From: Wickerhamiella versatilis
Taxonomy: Eukaryota
DNA: 64,000 nucleotides
Direction: 5' to 3'
Assembly (NCBI GenBank): GCA_030867685.1
Contig: JAQOWU010000008.1
Span: forward strand, 2,728,001 to 2,792,000
Shown here: positions 1 through 8,373 of the stretch, one piece after another
Numbering within the stretch: the first letter of the stretch is position 1
How the letters are laid out: every line of letters starts with the position of its first letter
Program-made: the position numbers and the translations under genes
The notes under the pieces: model-generated
Told to the model about the DNA's origin: nothing
The model's input: the letters and a program-made list of their open reading frames with translations, nothing else
The model's database searches: none

Positions 1-2
1 TT

Positions 3-644
3 GCCTCTGTGGACAAAGCTGTTGTGCATCTTGGACGGAATCAGCAAGAGCTTGTCCAGGATTTCGAGGACATGCATCGCCAGGCAATGCGGCTGGGAAA
101 GCTAGAGCCCGCGGTGTCGTCGGAGTTTGGCCACTTAGCAACAACGGCAAAAGCCCTGGCGAGCGCAACGGCTGCACTCCGGGTAGGTATCGATACCGGG
201 TTTGCAGGTGCTTTACGCGACATGGCGCACTACGTCCAGGCAGTAAAGGGGATGCTGAAGCAAAGGGAACAAAGACAAATTGATTACGAGGCTCTTGTTG
301 AATATCTTGAGCGCTCTGAGGCTGAATTGGCTGCTGCCAAGCAGGGCTCAGCGGGAGGCTATCTTCGCACGAAAGTTAATGATTTGCGAGGTGTTGACAA
401 GGAACAGGCGCGAAAGCAGCGTGTAACCAAGCTCGGATCGCGCATACAGGAACTTCGGGACGAAGTTTCCTTAGCTAGAAAGGTCAGCGACGACTTTGAG
501 GCCCTGGCAAAGCGCGAAGTCAAGGTATTCGAAAGAATTGAATCCATGGAGCTCCAAACCTGTTTGACTGGGCTTGCCGACAGTTATATTGAGTATTTCC
601 AACGCGTCCTGAAGGAGTGTCAGGAAATTGAATCACAGCTCTGA
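3..644 (+). CDS. SNX4: Sorting nexin-4/Atg24, C-terminal BAR domain (5' partial)
   Basis: Frame open from the window start; LRDMAHYVQAVKGMLKQREQRQIDYEALVEYL resembles the Snx4 BAR helix (LK.R.Q.Q.DYE.L..YL). Confidence 0.75.
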   Translation, partial: ASVDKAVVHLGRNQQELVQDFEDMHRQAMRLGKLEPAVSSEFGHLATTAKALASATAALRVGIDTGFAGALRDMAHYVQAVKGMLKQREQRQIDYEALVEYLERSEAELAAAKQGSAGGYLRTKVNDLRGVDKEQARKQRVTKLGSRIQELRDEVSLARKVSDDFEALAKREVKVFERIESMELQTCLTGLADSYIEYFQRVLKECQEIESQL

Positions 645-812
645 TTTTCATTTTTCCCTATTATAATTATTTATTTTTTTTTAACTATATTCTTATGCCA
701 TCAATAGTATGATGAATGATGAACATACCGGAACGTAGTGCGTTCTCCAGATTGGGGGTGGATGCAGAAGTGACACGCACGAAAGTGGTTCGGTCACATA
801 AGCAATTATCAT

Positions 813-837
813 AGAACACCGTGGAACCTTCTGGAGA
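813..837 (+). promoter_or_regulatory. Heat-shock element upstream of KAR2
   Basis: Phased pentamers aGAAc-accgt-gGAAc-cTTCt-gGAGa. Confidence 0.55.
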
Positions 838-985
838 TAGATACATAGCTAAAATTCAAAAGGCTACAGAGAAAGAAATGAGTTCTAGTCCACTTTTCGA
901 TACCAAAAATCACCAACCCCCTTGCTGAAGTCTCCATCAGTTACCTTTGAGTGATCATCCCGTTAATTCGGGTAAGGGTTATTGC

Positions 986-1011
986 TACGTGGCACTTTCC
1001 GGGTATATAAA
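986..1011 (+). promoter_or_regulatory. UPR element (Hac1-type TACGTGGCA) and TATA box of KAR2
   Basis: TACGTGGCA at 986-994, TATATAAA at 1004-1011, ATG at 1051. Confidence 0.65.
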
Positions 1012-1050
1012 GACGCGCGCTGCTTACACAGTAATAGAATTTCGCGACGT

Positions 1051-3042
1051 ATGCATTTGAAGCCGTGGAACGTCTTTCTATGGGCGGTTGCGCTGTTCGT
1101 CCTGCCATTTTTTGGTGGAGCCAGCGCAGACCCCGATGCTGAGGATGTAGGAACAGTTATAGGTATTGATTTGGGTACCACCTACTCCTGTGTAGGTGTC
1201 ATGCAGCATGGTCGTGTCGAGATCATTGCCAACGAACAGGGTAGCCGTATTACCCCAAGTTATGTTGCATTTAACGATGGTGAACGTCTTGTTGGTGATG
1301 CTGCCAAGAATCAGGCAGCCTCTAACCCCCACAACACGGTGTTCGACATTAAGCGTATCATCGGGTTGAAGTTTAACGACCCGAGTGTCCAGCGTGATAT
1401 GAAGCGATTCCCATTCAAGGTTGCCGGCAAAAATGGCAAGCCAGTTGTGGAGGTTGACTTTAATGGCGAGAAGCAGTTTGCTCCCGAGGAGATCTCGGCC
1501 ATGGTTCTTGGCAAGATGAAGGAGATCGCCGAAGATTATCTTGGTCACAAGGTCACTCATGCGGTGGTTACTGTCCCTGCGTACTTCAATGATGCCCAGC
1601 GCCAGGCCACCAAGGATGCCGGAACTATTTCCGGTTTGACTGTCATGCGTGTTGTCAATGAGCCAACCGCTGCTGCCATCGCTTACGGTCTCGACCGCAA
1701 GGACGGCGAGCGCCAGATCATTGTCTACGATCTGGGTGGTGGTACTTTCGATGTTTCGTTGCTTTCTATTGACAACGGTGTCTTCGAGGTGCTGGCCACT
1801 GCTGGTGATACCCATCTGGGTGGTGAGGACTTCGATCACCGTGTCATGAACGACTTGATCAAGAAGTATAACGCTGCGCATGATGTAGACATCCGCAAGA
1901 ACCAGAAGGCAGTTTCCCGTTTGAAGCGGGAGGTCGAGAAGGCCAAGCGCGTTCTTTCGTCGCAGATGTCGGCTCGCATTGAGATCGAGGGATTCAACAA
2001 TGGCGAGGACTACAGTGAGACTGTTACCCGTGCCCGCTTCGAGGAGATTAACTCTCCCCTCTTCAAGAAGACACTTGAGCCTGTCAAGGAGGTCTTGAAG
2101 GAGTCCGGCGTGAAGCGTGATGAGATTGACGATATCGTACTGGTTGGTGGTTCAACCCGTATTCCAAAGGTTCAGCAGTTGCTGGAAGAATTCTTCAAGA
2201 AGAAGGCCAGCAAGGAGATCAACCCTGATGAGGCTGTTGCATACGGCGCAGCTGTTCAGGCTGGTGTGCTCTCTGGACAGGAGGGCTCTGACGAGATTGT
2301 TTTGCTTGATGTTAACCCTCTCACACTCGGTATCGAGACCACTGGTGGTGTTATGACCCGTTTGATCAACCGTAATACCCCTATCCCCACGCGTAAGTCT
2401 CAGATCTTCTCCACTGCTGCGGACAACCAGGACACCGTTCTCATCCAGGTCTACGAGGGTGAGCGTACCTTGTGTAAGGATAACAACCTTCTAGGTAAGT
2501 TCGAGCTCAAGGGAATCCCAGCGGCACCCCGTGGTGTTCCCCAGATCGAGGTGACTTTCGAGCTTGATGCCTCGGGAATTCTTAAGGTCATGGCCAATGA
2601 CAAGGGCACTGGTAAGTCTGAGTCGATTACCATCACCAATGACAAGGGTCGTCTGTCTAAGGATGAGATCGACCGTATGGTTGAAGAGGCCGAGAAGTAC
2701 GCCGAGCAGGATCAGGCTCTGAGGAAGCGTATCGAGTCTCGCAATGAGCTCGAGCAATACGCATCCACCCTTCGTAACCAGGCCAATGATAAGGAGGGCC
2801 TTGGTAAGAACCTAGACAGTGACGACAAAGAGACGCTTCTTGATGCGGCTAACGACGCACTCTCATGGTTAGAGGAAAACTATAAAGATGCTACTGCTGA
2901 GGAAATCCTCGAGCAGCGTGAAAAGCTCCAGTCTGTTGCATACCCCATCACGTCTAAGGCGTACGGTGGCGGTGGCTCATCTGGCGGAGACGACTTTGAC
3001 GACGATGAGTATGACGAATTTGATGATCATGATGAACTCTAA
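1051..3042 (+). CDS. KAR2: ER Hsp70 chaperone BiP
   Basis: Signal peptide from ATG 1051, GIDLGTTYS Hsp70 motif, C-terminal HDEL. Confidence 0.98.
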   Translation: MHLKPWNVFLWAVALFVLPFFGGASADPDAEDVGTVIGIDLGTTYSCVGVMQHGRVEIIANEQGSRITPSYVAFNDGERLVGDAAKNQAASNPHNTVFDIKRIIGLKFNDPSVQRDMKRFPFKVAGKNGKPVVEVDFNGEKQFAPEEISAMVLGKMKEIAEDYLGHKVTHAVVTVPAYFNDAQRQATKDAGTISGLTVMRVVNEPTAAAIAYGLDRKDGERQIIVYDLGGGTFDVSLLSIDNGVFEVLATAGDTHLGGEDFDHRVMNDLIKKYNAAHDVDIRKNQKAVSRLKREVEKAKRVLSSQMSARIEIEGFNNGEDYSETVTRARFEEINSPLFKKTLEPVKEVLKESGVKRDEIDDIVLVGGSTRIPKVQQLLEEFFKKKASKEINPDEAVAYGAAVQAGVLSGQEGSDEIVLLDVNPLTLGIETTGGVMTRLINRNTPIPTRKSQIFSTAADNQDTVLIQVYEGERTLCKDNNLLGKFELKGIPAAPRGVPQIEVTFELDASGILKVMANDKGTGKSESITITNDKGRLSKDEIDRMVEEAEKYAEQDQALRKRIESRNELEQYASTLRNQANDKEGLGKNLDSDDKETLLDAANDALSWLEENYKDATAEEILEQREKLQSVAYPITSKAYGGGGSSGGDDFDDDEYDEFDDHDEL

Positions 3043-3139
3043 GTGTCAGATTCTTGTCCGTCGTGTATACATAGTTAAGTAATCTCTAAGTAGGTGGTTC
3101 TGCTGACACACCAGGACCACATATTGTCTACTAGAAACC

Positions 3140-3460
3140 ATGTCAACTACTAGTGACGAAGAAACTATCACCCCGGGAATCTTAAGCCGACGTCAGCGAT
3201 TCGTAGCAAGATTGCGCGCAAAATTGCGTAGCCTATTTCATTTTCACAAGACCCCAACGGAGTCCCAATCCCAGGATAGTGAGGTCAATAATATAGTGGA
3301 AGAATCTGGAGTGTCAGAGATCAGTGATCTCGTACAAGATAGCGAACCAGTTAGGGGTGACGTCGCATTAGAGCCTCATGCTTTGCCTGTCGAAGCTCAC
3401 GCGCCTGTGGACAATGTCCATGGTGATGATGAGGATGATTGGATTGACACCCACATGTAA
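3140..3460 (+). CDS. Hypothetical 106-aa protein (basic N-terminus, acidic C-terminus)
   Basis: ATG in ACCATG context, fills the gap between KAR2 and MAD2; no recognisable family. Confidence 0.45.
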   Translation: MSTTSDEETITPGILSRRQRFVARLRAKLRSLFHFHKTPTESQSQDSEVNNIVEESGVSEISDLVQDSEPVRGDVALEPHALPVEAHAPVDNVHGDDEDDWIDTHM

Positions 3461-3504
3461 ATGTGACAAGAGAGAACCTAGGAAAAACTAATTATATAGC
3501 TTCA

Positions 3505-4080
3505 TTAAAATCTTCTGGGGTCCACACGGTAGACCACCTCGGGAGCTACTTTCACTCCGCCTCCCGCAACCAGACTGTCAAACTGAATTGTCTGCCTTCC
3601 TTCTTCATTTATATCCCGCCGTGTTTGAACCTCAGACCACATCTCGTCAGGAATACCTATCATGTGATCATCCTCAATCACTATATGAAACGAGTGGCGA
3701 CCCGTTAAAATAGGTAAGTAGGAAATGGAGGCACCAATTTGACGCATGGTGGCCTGGAGCGATACCACATCATTTACTTCCGCTGAGTTTGTGGTTATAT
3801 TAAAGTGCCAACGCTCGACGGGCTGGTCATTATAATCAACAATCACAAGGGCTAGCTGCTGGAGGCTGCGATGGGTGATCCACTTTTTCAATTGCGATGT
3901 AGCATTTCTGAGGTACGCGACAACATCGGAATTGACAGAATCAAACAGGGGGATTCCCCAGCGACGCACGCGCTTGAACTCGTTATGTGGGTAGACTCCG
4001 CGCAAGAACAATATCGTGGTGAGCGCAAAATAGAAAAAATCGCAGACAAGCTCTGCAGGTGCATTGAGCTCAAATAGCAT
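3505..4080 (-). CDS. MAD2: Spindle checkpoint HORMA-domain protein Mad2
   Basis: VCDFFYFALTTILFLRGVYP, VERWHFNI and MRQIGASISYLP match Mad2; start taken at MLFELN (4080), the upstream ATG at 4182 is also in frame. Confidence 0.8.
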   Translation of the reverse strand: MLFELNAPAELVCDFFYFALTTILFLRGVYPHNEFKRVRRWGIPLFDSVNSDVVAYLRNATSQLKKWITHRSLQQLALVIVDYNDQPVERWHFNITTNSAEVNDVVSLQATMRQIGASISYLPILTGRHSFHIVIEDDHMIGIPDEMWSEVQTRRDINEEGRQTIQFDSLVAGGGVKVAPEVVYRVDPRRF

Positions 4081-4224
4081 GCCAAGCAAGAGAATGAGAG
4101 AAGTAGACCCGAGTGTCGCACGTCGCACTCTGAGATAAAGGCTCCAATCTCGACATTTGTTCTTCGTCTGGGAGCATAACACAGAGACTAGTTGGACAAT
4201 GCCTCTTCTATGTCATAACACACC

Positions 4225-4227
<3 letters not shown>

Positions 4228-4264
<37 letters not shown>
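4228..4264. repeat. (AT)n microsatellite, about 18 units
   Basis: Perfect AT dinucleotide run in the MAD2/BET4 divergent promoter. Confidence 0.95.
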
Positions 4265-4268
<4 letters not shown>

Positions 4269-4473
4269 TATATTTACGTAGACCACGAAATAACTTAAGT
4301 CCCAATTTTTCATTTTGGCCACCAACCTAGTCCCTACTATATAGTTGGGCAGTAGCAACGGTATTACAGGTTTCAAACTGTATCTAGCAGTCCAAATTTG
4401 TTACCAGTATAGGCGGTGACATTGACATTTACGGATCGAATTATCATGTAGTCAGCAGCATATATATATCACC

Positions 4474-5352
4474 ATGCATTCAGTTAGGCGAGTGCGTCAT
4501 TCTGCAGAGCAGCAAGAAGCACGTCGCCGTAAAGAGGCTAGCCTCATCAAATCTTATACGGCATTGGAGAACAAAGTTCTTCAGAGCCGTCATGGTGGAG
4601 CGACTTTGAATATGACCACAGATCTACTTAATGCCAACCCTGAACTCTATACCGTTTGGAATATGCGTCGGGAGCTTCTTGGTCGTGGCAAGGACGAACT
4701 AAATGGCGAACTTAGGTTCGTGGAAAAGCTAATCCAGCGCTATCCGAAGGTATACTGGCTTTGGGATCACCGCCTGTGGGTTCTAGACAACTTGGGATCT
4801 GAGGCGCCTTGGCAGCGTGAGCTTGGCCTTGTTTCCATGCTTTTAGAACATGATGCACGAAATTTTCATGGCTGGACCTATAGACGTGCAGTTATTGCTC
4901 GAATGGAGGCATGTCTAAACAAATCATTCACCCAGCAAGAGATGGACTTCACGACAAAAAAAATTAACGAAAACTTCTCAAATTTCAGCGCATGGCACAA
5001 TCGTTCCACGCTAATCCGTAAACTAGAAATTCCCCCTTCCTTGGAAGAGGAACTTGCATATTCTCAAGAGGCGATTCTCATGGACCCGGAGGACCAAAGT
5101 GCTTGGATATACTATCGCTGGCTATTAAGTGGAGACCTATTCAAACCTTCCATAACTACTTTACAAAAAGAAAAGACTGCCATTACTGAACTCCATGAAG
5201 AAGAACCAACAATTGAAGGTGCATATACGCTATATCAAATCCACAGAATGCTAAAAGAAACTCCGCCTAGAAGCCTTTTGGAGTCCATGATCAAGCTTGA
5301 TCCAATGCGGGAAAAGCGCTATACCTATCTCATGTCACAGGTTCATTCTTAA
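4474..5352 (+). CDS. BET4: Rab geranylgeranyltransferase alpha subunit
   Basis: MH..RR start; PPTA repeats NPELYTVWN.RR, PKVYWLW.HR.W, RNFHGWTYRR, NFSNFSAWHNR, DPEDQSAW.Y.RW. Confidence 0.92.
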   Translation: MHSVRRVRHSAEQQEARRRKEASLIKSYTALENKVLQSRHGGATLNMTTDLLNANPELYTVWNMRRELLGRGKDELNGELRFVEKLIQRYPKVYWLWDHRLWVLDNLGSEAPWQRELGLVSMLLEHDARNFHGWTYRRAVIARMEACLNKSFTQQEMDFTTKKINENFSNFSAWHNRSTLIRKLEIPPSLEEELAYSQEAILMDPEDQSAWIYYRWLLSGDLFKPSITTLQKEKTAITELHEEEPTIEGAYTLYQIHRMLKETPPRSLLESMIKLDPMREKRYTYLMSQVHS

Positions 5353-6235
5353 GGTGTTCCCGCTCGGTATTTAGAACGTAACGAACTGTATCAGTGGAAG
5401 ATAGACTACGATCAACCATATCTAAATAGCGAAGATTTCCTTGGTCCTCTGAGGCTTTGAACTTGCCCGCAAGGGCTTCCAGCACTGGCAGGTCCACAGG
5501 CCCTCGTGACGAGAGTCGCGTGTGTTCTGGTTGTCGCAGGTAGAATGTGGCTAATTCATGCAAAACATCGGCCACAGCCGCAGCATCACTTCCAAGTTCC
5601 GCAGCATCGGCGGTCACCTTTGTACTGGCAAGTCGGGCAGCAATCAGCACGGCGCCAAGCGCTATGGTCTGCGCTGGGTGTCGCAGTATACACGAAGTTG
5701 CGAATGCATCGGTCGATATTAACCAAGCAGAAGCAGCCACGGCCTCGGAAAGCCCCAGAGTTTTGGCTATTTTTATGACGTAGATGTGCGGATCCTCTGC
5801 GCGAAAGTCAAAGCATACCACCTCTAATACAAGTCTTTCACATTCGAGTATTTTCTGGGCAAGCGATTCAGGCCGAGAAACATACGGCGGAACGGGAATC
5901 CCTGGTATACTGCAGCGAATCAATGCTGCAGCAAGCTCGACCACTTTCTTGGCCGAGTTATCAAGCTTCGATGATATCAATATACAGGCACCAGCTAACG
6001 GCATCGGATCAAGATGCGTCGTAACTAAAAGAGAACGCTGGTAGAACAGCATGGCTGGCGAAAACACGTGTACTCCCCACGATAGTGTGCGGCAAACAGA
6101 CCACACAAAGTGAAACCCGTCCAGTCGTCGCCTTGCACCAGCCTCACCGGTGAATCCTGACTGCCGGCCAAGAAAGTCCTCAGCCGCAGTACTAAGATAG
6201 GGACGTGACAACTTCACCAGTGTTTTATGCGGCAT
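5330..6235 (-). CDS. CTK2: Transcriptional cyclin (CTDK-I beta, cyclin K/T-like)
   Basis: SRPYLS N-terminus; cyclin box ACILISSK...ILECERLVLEVVCFDFR.EDPH. Confidence 0.7.
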   Translation of the reverse strand: MPHKTLVKLSRPYLSTAAEDFLGRQSGFTGEAGARRRLDGFHFVWSVCRTLSWGVHVFSPAMLFYQRSLLVTTHLDPMPLAGACILISSKLDNSAKKVVELAAALIRCSIPGIPVPPYVSRPESLAQKILECERLVLEVVCFDFRAEDPHIYVIKIAKTLGLSEAVAASAWLISTDAFATSCILRHPAQTIALGAVLIAARLASTKVTADAAELGSDAAAVADVLHELATFYLRQPEHTRLSSRGPVDLPVLEALAGKFKASEDQGNLRYLDMVDRSLSSTDTVRYVLNTEREHLKNEPVT

Positions 6236-6367
6236 ATCATCCTTTTAATGTCCCTGGAAGATAATAATATAACTTCGTTTATGTTACGTGATCAATTTCT
6301 ATATCGTTGCACTATAATAAGCTCATGACTGCATAAAAAAGATGGAATAAAAATCTGATTTCTATGC

Positions 6368-6913
6368 TTATTCTGCCTTAGCAGCAGATGCGTTGATAGA
6401 AGCACCCTTTGTGGCCGCAGCAGAGGCGTCTGGTCCAAGGGTTGGCTTGCCAATTGGGTTTTTGGTTGGGTTCTTTGTTCGGAAGTCCTTAATCGCAGAC
6501 CTTATGGCATCCTCAGCCAGCATAGAGCAGTGAAGCTTGACTGGTGGGAGGCTAAGCTCTTTGGCAATCTCCGTGTTCTTGATCTTGCCAGCCTCTTCAA
6601 GGGTCTTGCCCCGAACAAGTGTCGTCATATAGGACGACGATGCGATCGCAGAACCACATCCAAACGTCTTGAACTTCACATCATTGATATTTCCATCGTC
6701 GTCAACCTGAATCTGGAGTTTCATGACATCGCCACATGCGGGCGCACCGACCAACCCCGTACCAACGTTCTGCATGTCGGAGTCCAGGCGACCAACGTTT
6801 CTTGGGTTGTTGTAGTGATCAATGACTCTCTTATGATACAGCCGGGCTCCTAGTGGACGGAGTTCAGGAGCGGCGCGTAGCATCAGTCTTGATGAGCCAG
6901 TTAGATGAAACAT
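6368..6913 (-). CDS. ISU1: Mitochondrial Fe-S scaffold IscU
   Basis: YHKRVIDHYNNPRNVG, GAPACGDVM, LPPVKLHCSMLAEDA; presequence-like N-terminus. Confidence 0.97.
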   Translation of the reverse strand: MFHLTGSSRLMLRAAPELRPLGARLYHKRVIDHYNNPRNVGRLDSDMQNVGTGLVGAPACGDVMKLQIQVDDDGNINDVKFKTFGCGSAIASSSYMTTLVRGKTLEEAGKIKNTEIAKELSLPPVKLHCSMLAEDAIRSAIKDFRTKNPTKNPIGKPTLGPDASAAATKGASINASAAKAE

Positions 6914-6977
6914 TATTAGCTTACGTGCGGGCAGCTCGGTGAGAATTTAACGCATTCCCTCTAGTATTATGTAAGTG

Positions 6978-7134
6978 CACGTGACCCATGTGGCAGATGT
7001 GTTTGCTCCGACCTGCCGGAGATGAGGCTATAATAATGGCGGCGCAAGAGAATAAGAATTTATTCAAGTAGAATTTTCCCAATGATCTTGCGAAAAACAG
7101 TCACATAGGTTTGAAAATGATAGTATCACGTGAT
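6978..7134. promoter_or_regulatory. Two Cbf1-type E-boxes plus a Homol-D-like box
   Basis: CACGTGAC 6978-6985, ATCACGTGAT 7125-7134, CAGTCACA 7098-7105. Confidence 0.45.
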
Positions 7135-7282
7135 TACGCGAGTATTTGTAAGCATATTCTAGATTGCGTTCCAGAACAAGTAGCTCTACCGTATTACAGG
7201 AGTTATTGGTGGGGATGGGTATGCCCGATTATGGTCTAATTATTCTTCCTCGTCTTTATTTTGTTTCTAGAATTCTAAAACA

Positions 7283-7290
7283 TATATAAA
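7283..7290 (+). promoter_or_regulatory. TATA box with no downstream protein-coding gene
   Basis: TATATAAA, identical to the KAR2 TATA; about 30 nt before the start of the structured region. Confidence 0.5.
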
Positions 7291-7310
7291 TCATCTTGAT
7301 CTTGACTCCA

Positions 7311-8260
7311 AAGAGTCAGCGACAAGGATTCGCACATGACTTACCTGACTCACTGAATCAGCATTTCTTGCAGTATTCGCCCCGTATGAAGTAATACAAG
7401 TCGGGTGACGCATGAGCCGTTGATAGCAAAGGAAGTATGTCTAAGTCTACAGGAACATCTTGTAGATTGGAATTTTCACAGGGGGTTCGGTGGGAATATA
7501 AAAATCCCCATTTATTTATTAGTCGCTGGCTCTCACGGTACATTAGTAGAAAAAAAAACAATGATATGAGTCTGTATATACTATTTGGGCTATCGTGTTT
7601 GCCCGCTCGACCATCAATTCCCAATTTCTAACTAGTTGTATCGCATCGGCCCCTCAAGTTTGATTGTCTTGAGTCAATGGCCGATCAGAATTAAGAAACG
7701 ATAAGAAGTCAAAAATGAAGAAGCCGAGGAATAGATATCTAGAGTCTAGGCAAGGGATTTGCAATTGCAGTGGTAAAAAGGCAGACATAGAACCTTTTCC
7801 CCTGTGAATACGCGTAATTGGAAGCCTGAGCCAGCGCTGGGATTATCGTCTGACTTACTTCGGCAAATATGGTCGGCAGCAGACAGAGCACAACCACATG
7901 GACTATCTCACGAGGGAACGCCACAATAGCCTGCTTAAATACTGCCGACGGTTCATAACCATACCATTCTACAACGCCGAGCGAAAATGCAAGCTCGCGC
8001 AAGATGTTACTGCTAGTTGCCACATAAGGTTTAGCAAATGTATCAACCACATGAATCACACCTCCACGCTGGACCACATTCTCAAGATGCTCGATTGCGG
8101 CAAGATTCTCATGGGGTTTGATTATTTGAACCCCATTAGATATCCACATAACATGATGATGACTGATGACGGCGAATCATGTTCATAAGACGCGGATCAC
8201 AGCTTTAATTTAGGGCTGATAAGGTCAATTGATCAATTTAATTGAAGATGACTTCGTTCA
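7311..8260 (+). ncRNA. Long structured ncRNA, candidate telomerase RNA (3' end uncertain)
   Basis: 12-bp helix 7312-7323/7522-7533; template-like TGACTTACCTGACT 7337-7350; pseudoknot-capable 7472-7509; several hairpins whose G.U pairs work only on the + strand. Confidence 0.45.
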
Positions 8261-8373
8261 CTAATACTCTAGGAATGTTACTACTGCTACTGGAACTTTC
8301 CAAAAAAGCCGCCACTGGATGACGTTAGCATTATTTATCTGCACCAGGCTTTCGGGTTCTCTCCTGAATCACC

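Noticed and set aside
1078-1881. 267-aa antisense ORF in KAR2
   Set aside because: Typical antisense shadow of a codon-biased Hsp70 gene
7339-7604. U1 snRNA (ACTTACCTG matches the U1 5' end)
   Set aside because: No GATCANGAAG stem-loop I loop, no ATTGCAC, only a weak Sm-like ATTTG, and the main helix begins upstream of the motif; not fully excluded without an Rfam search
7739-8188. ORFs 7739-8149 (-) and 7898-8188 (+)
   Set aside because: No recognisable motifs, and they overlap hairpins biased to the + strand; treated as probably spurious
8153-8219. Possible box C/D snoRNA (ATGATGA ... CTGA)
   Set aside because: No rRNA-complementary guide recognised, and both boxes fall inside local hairpins
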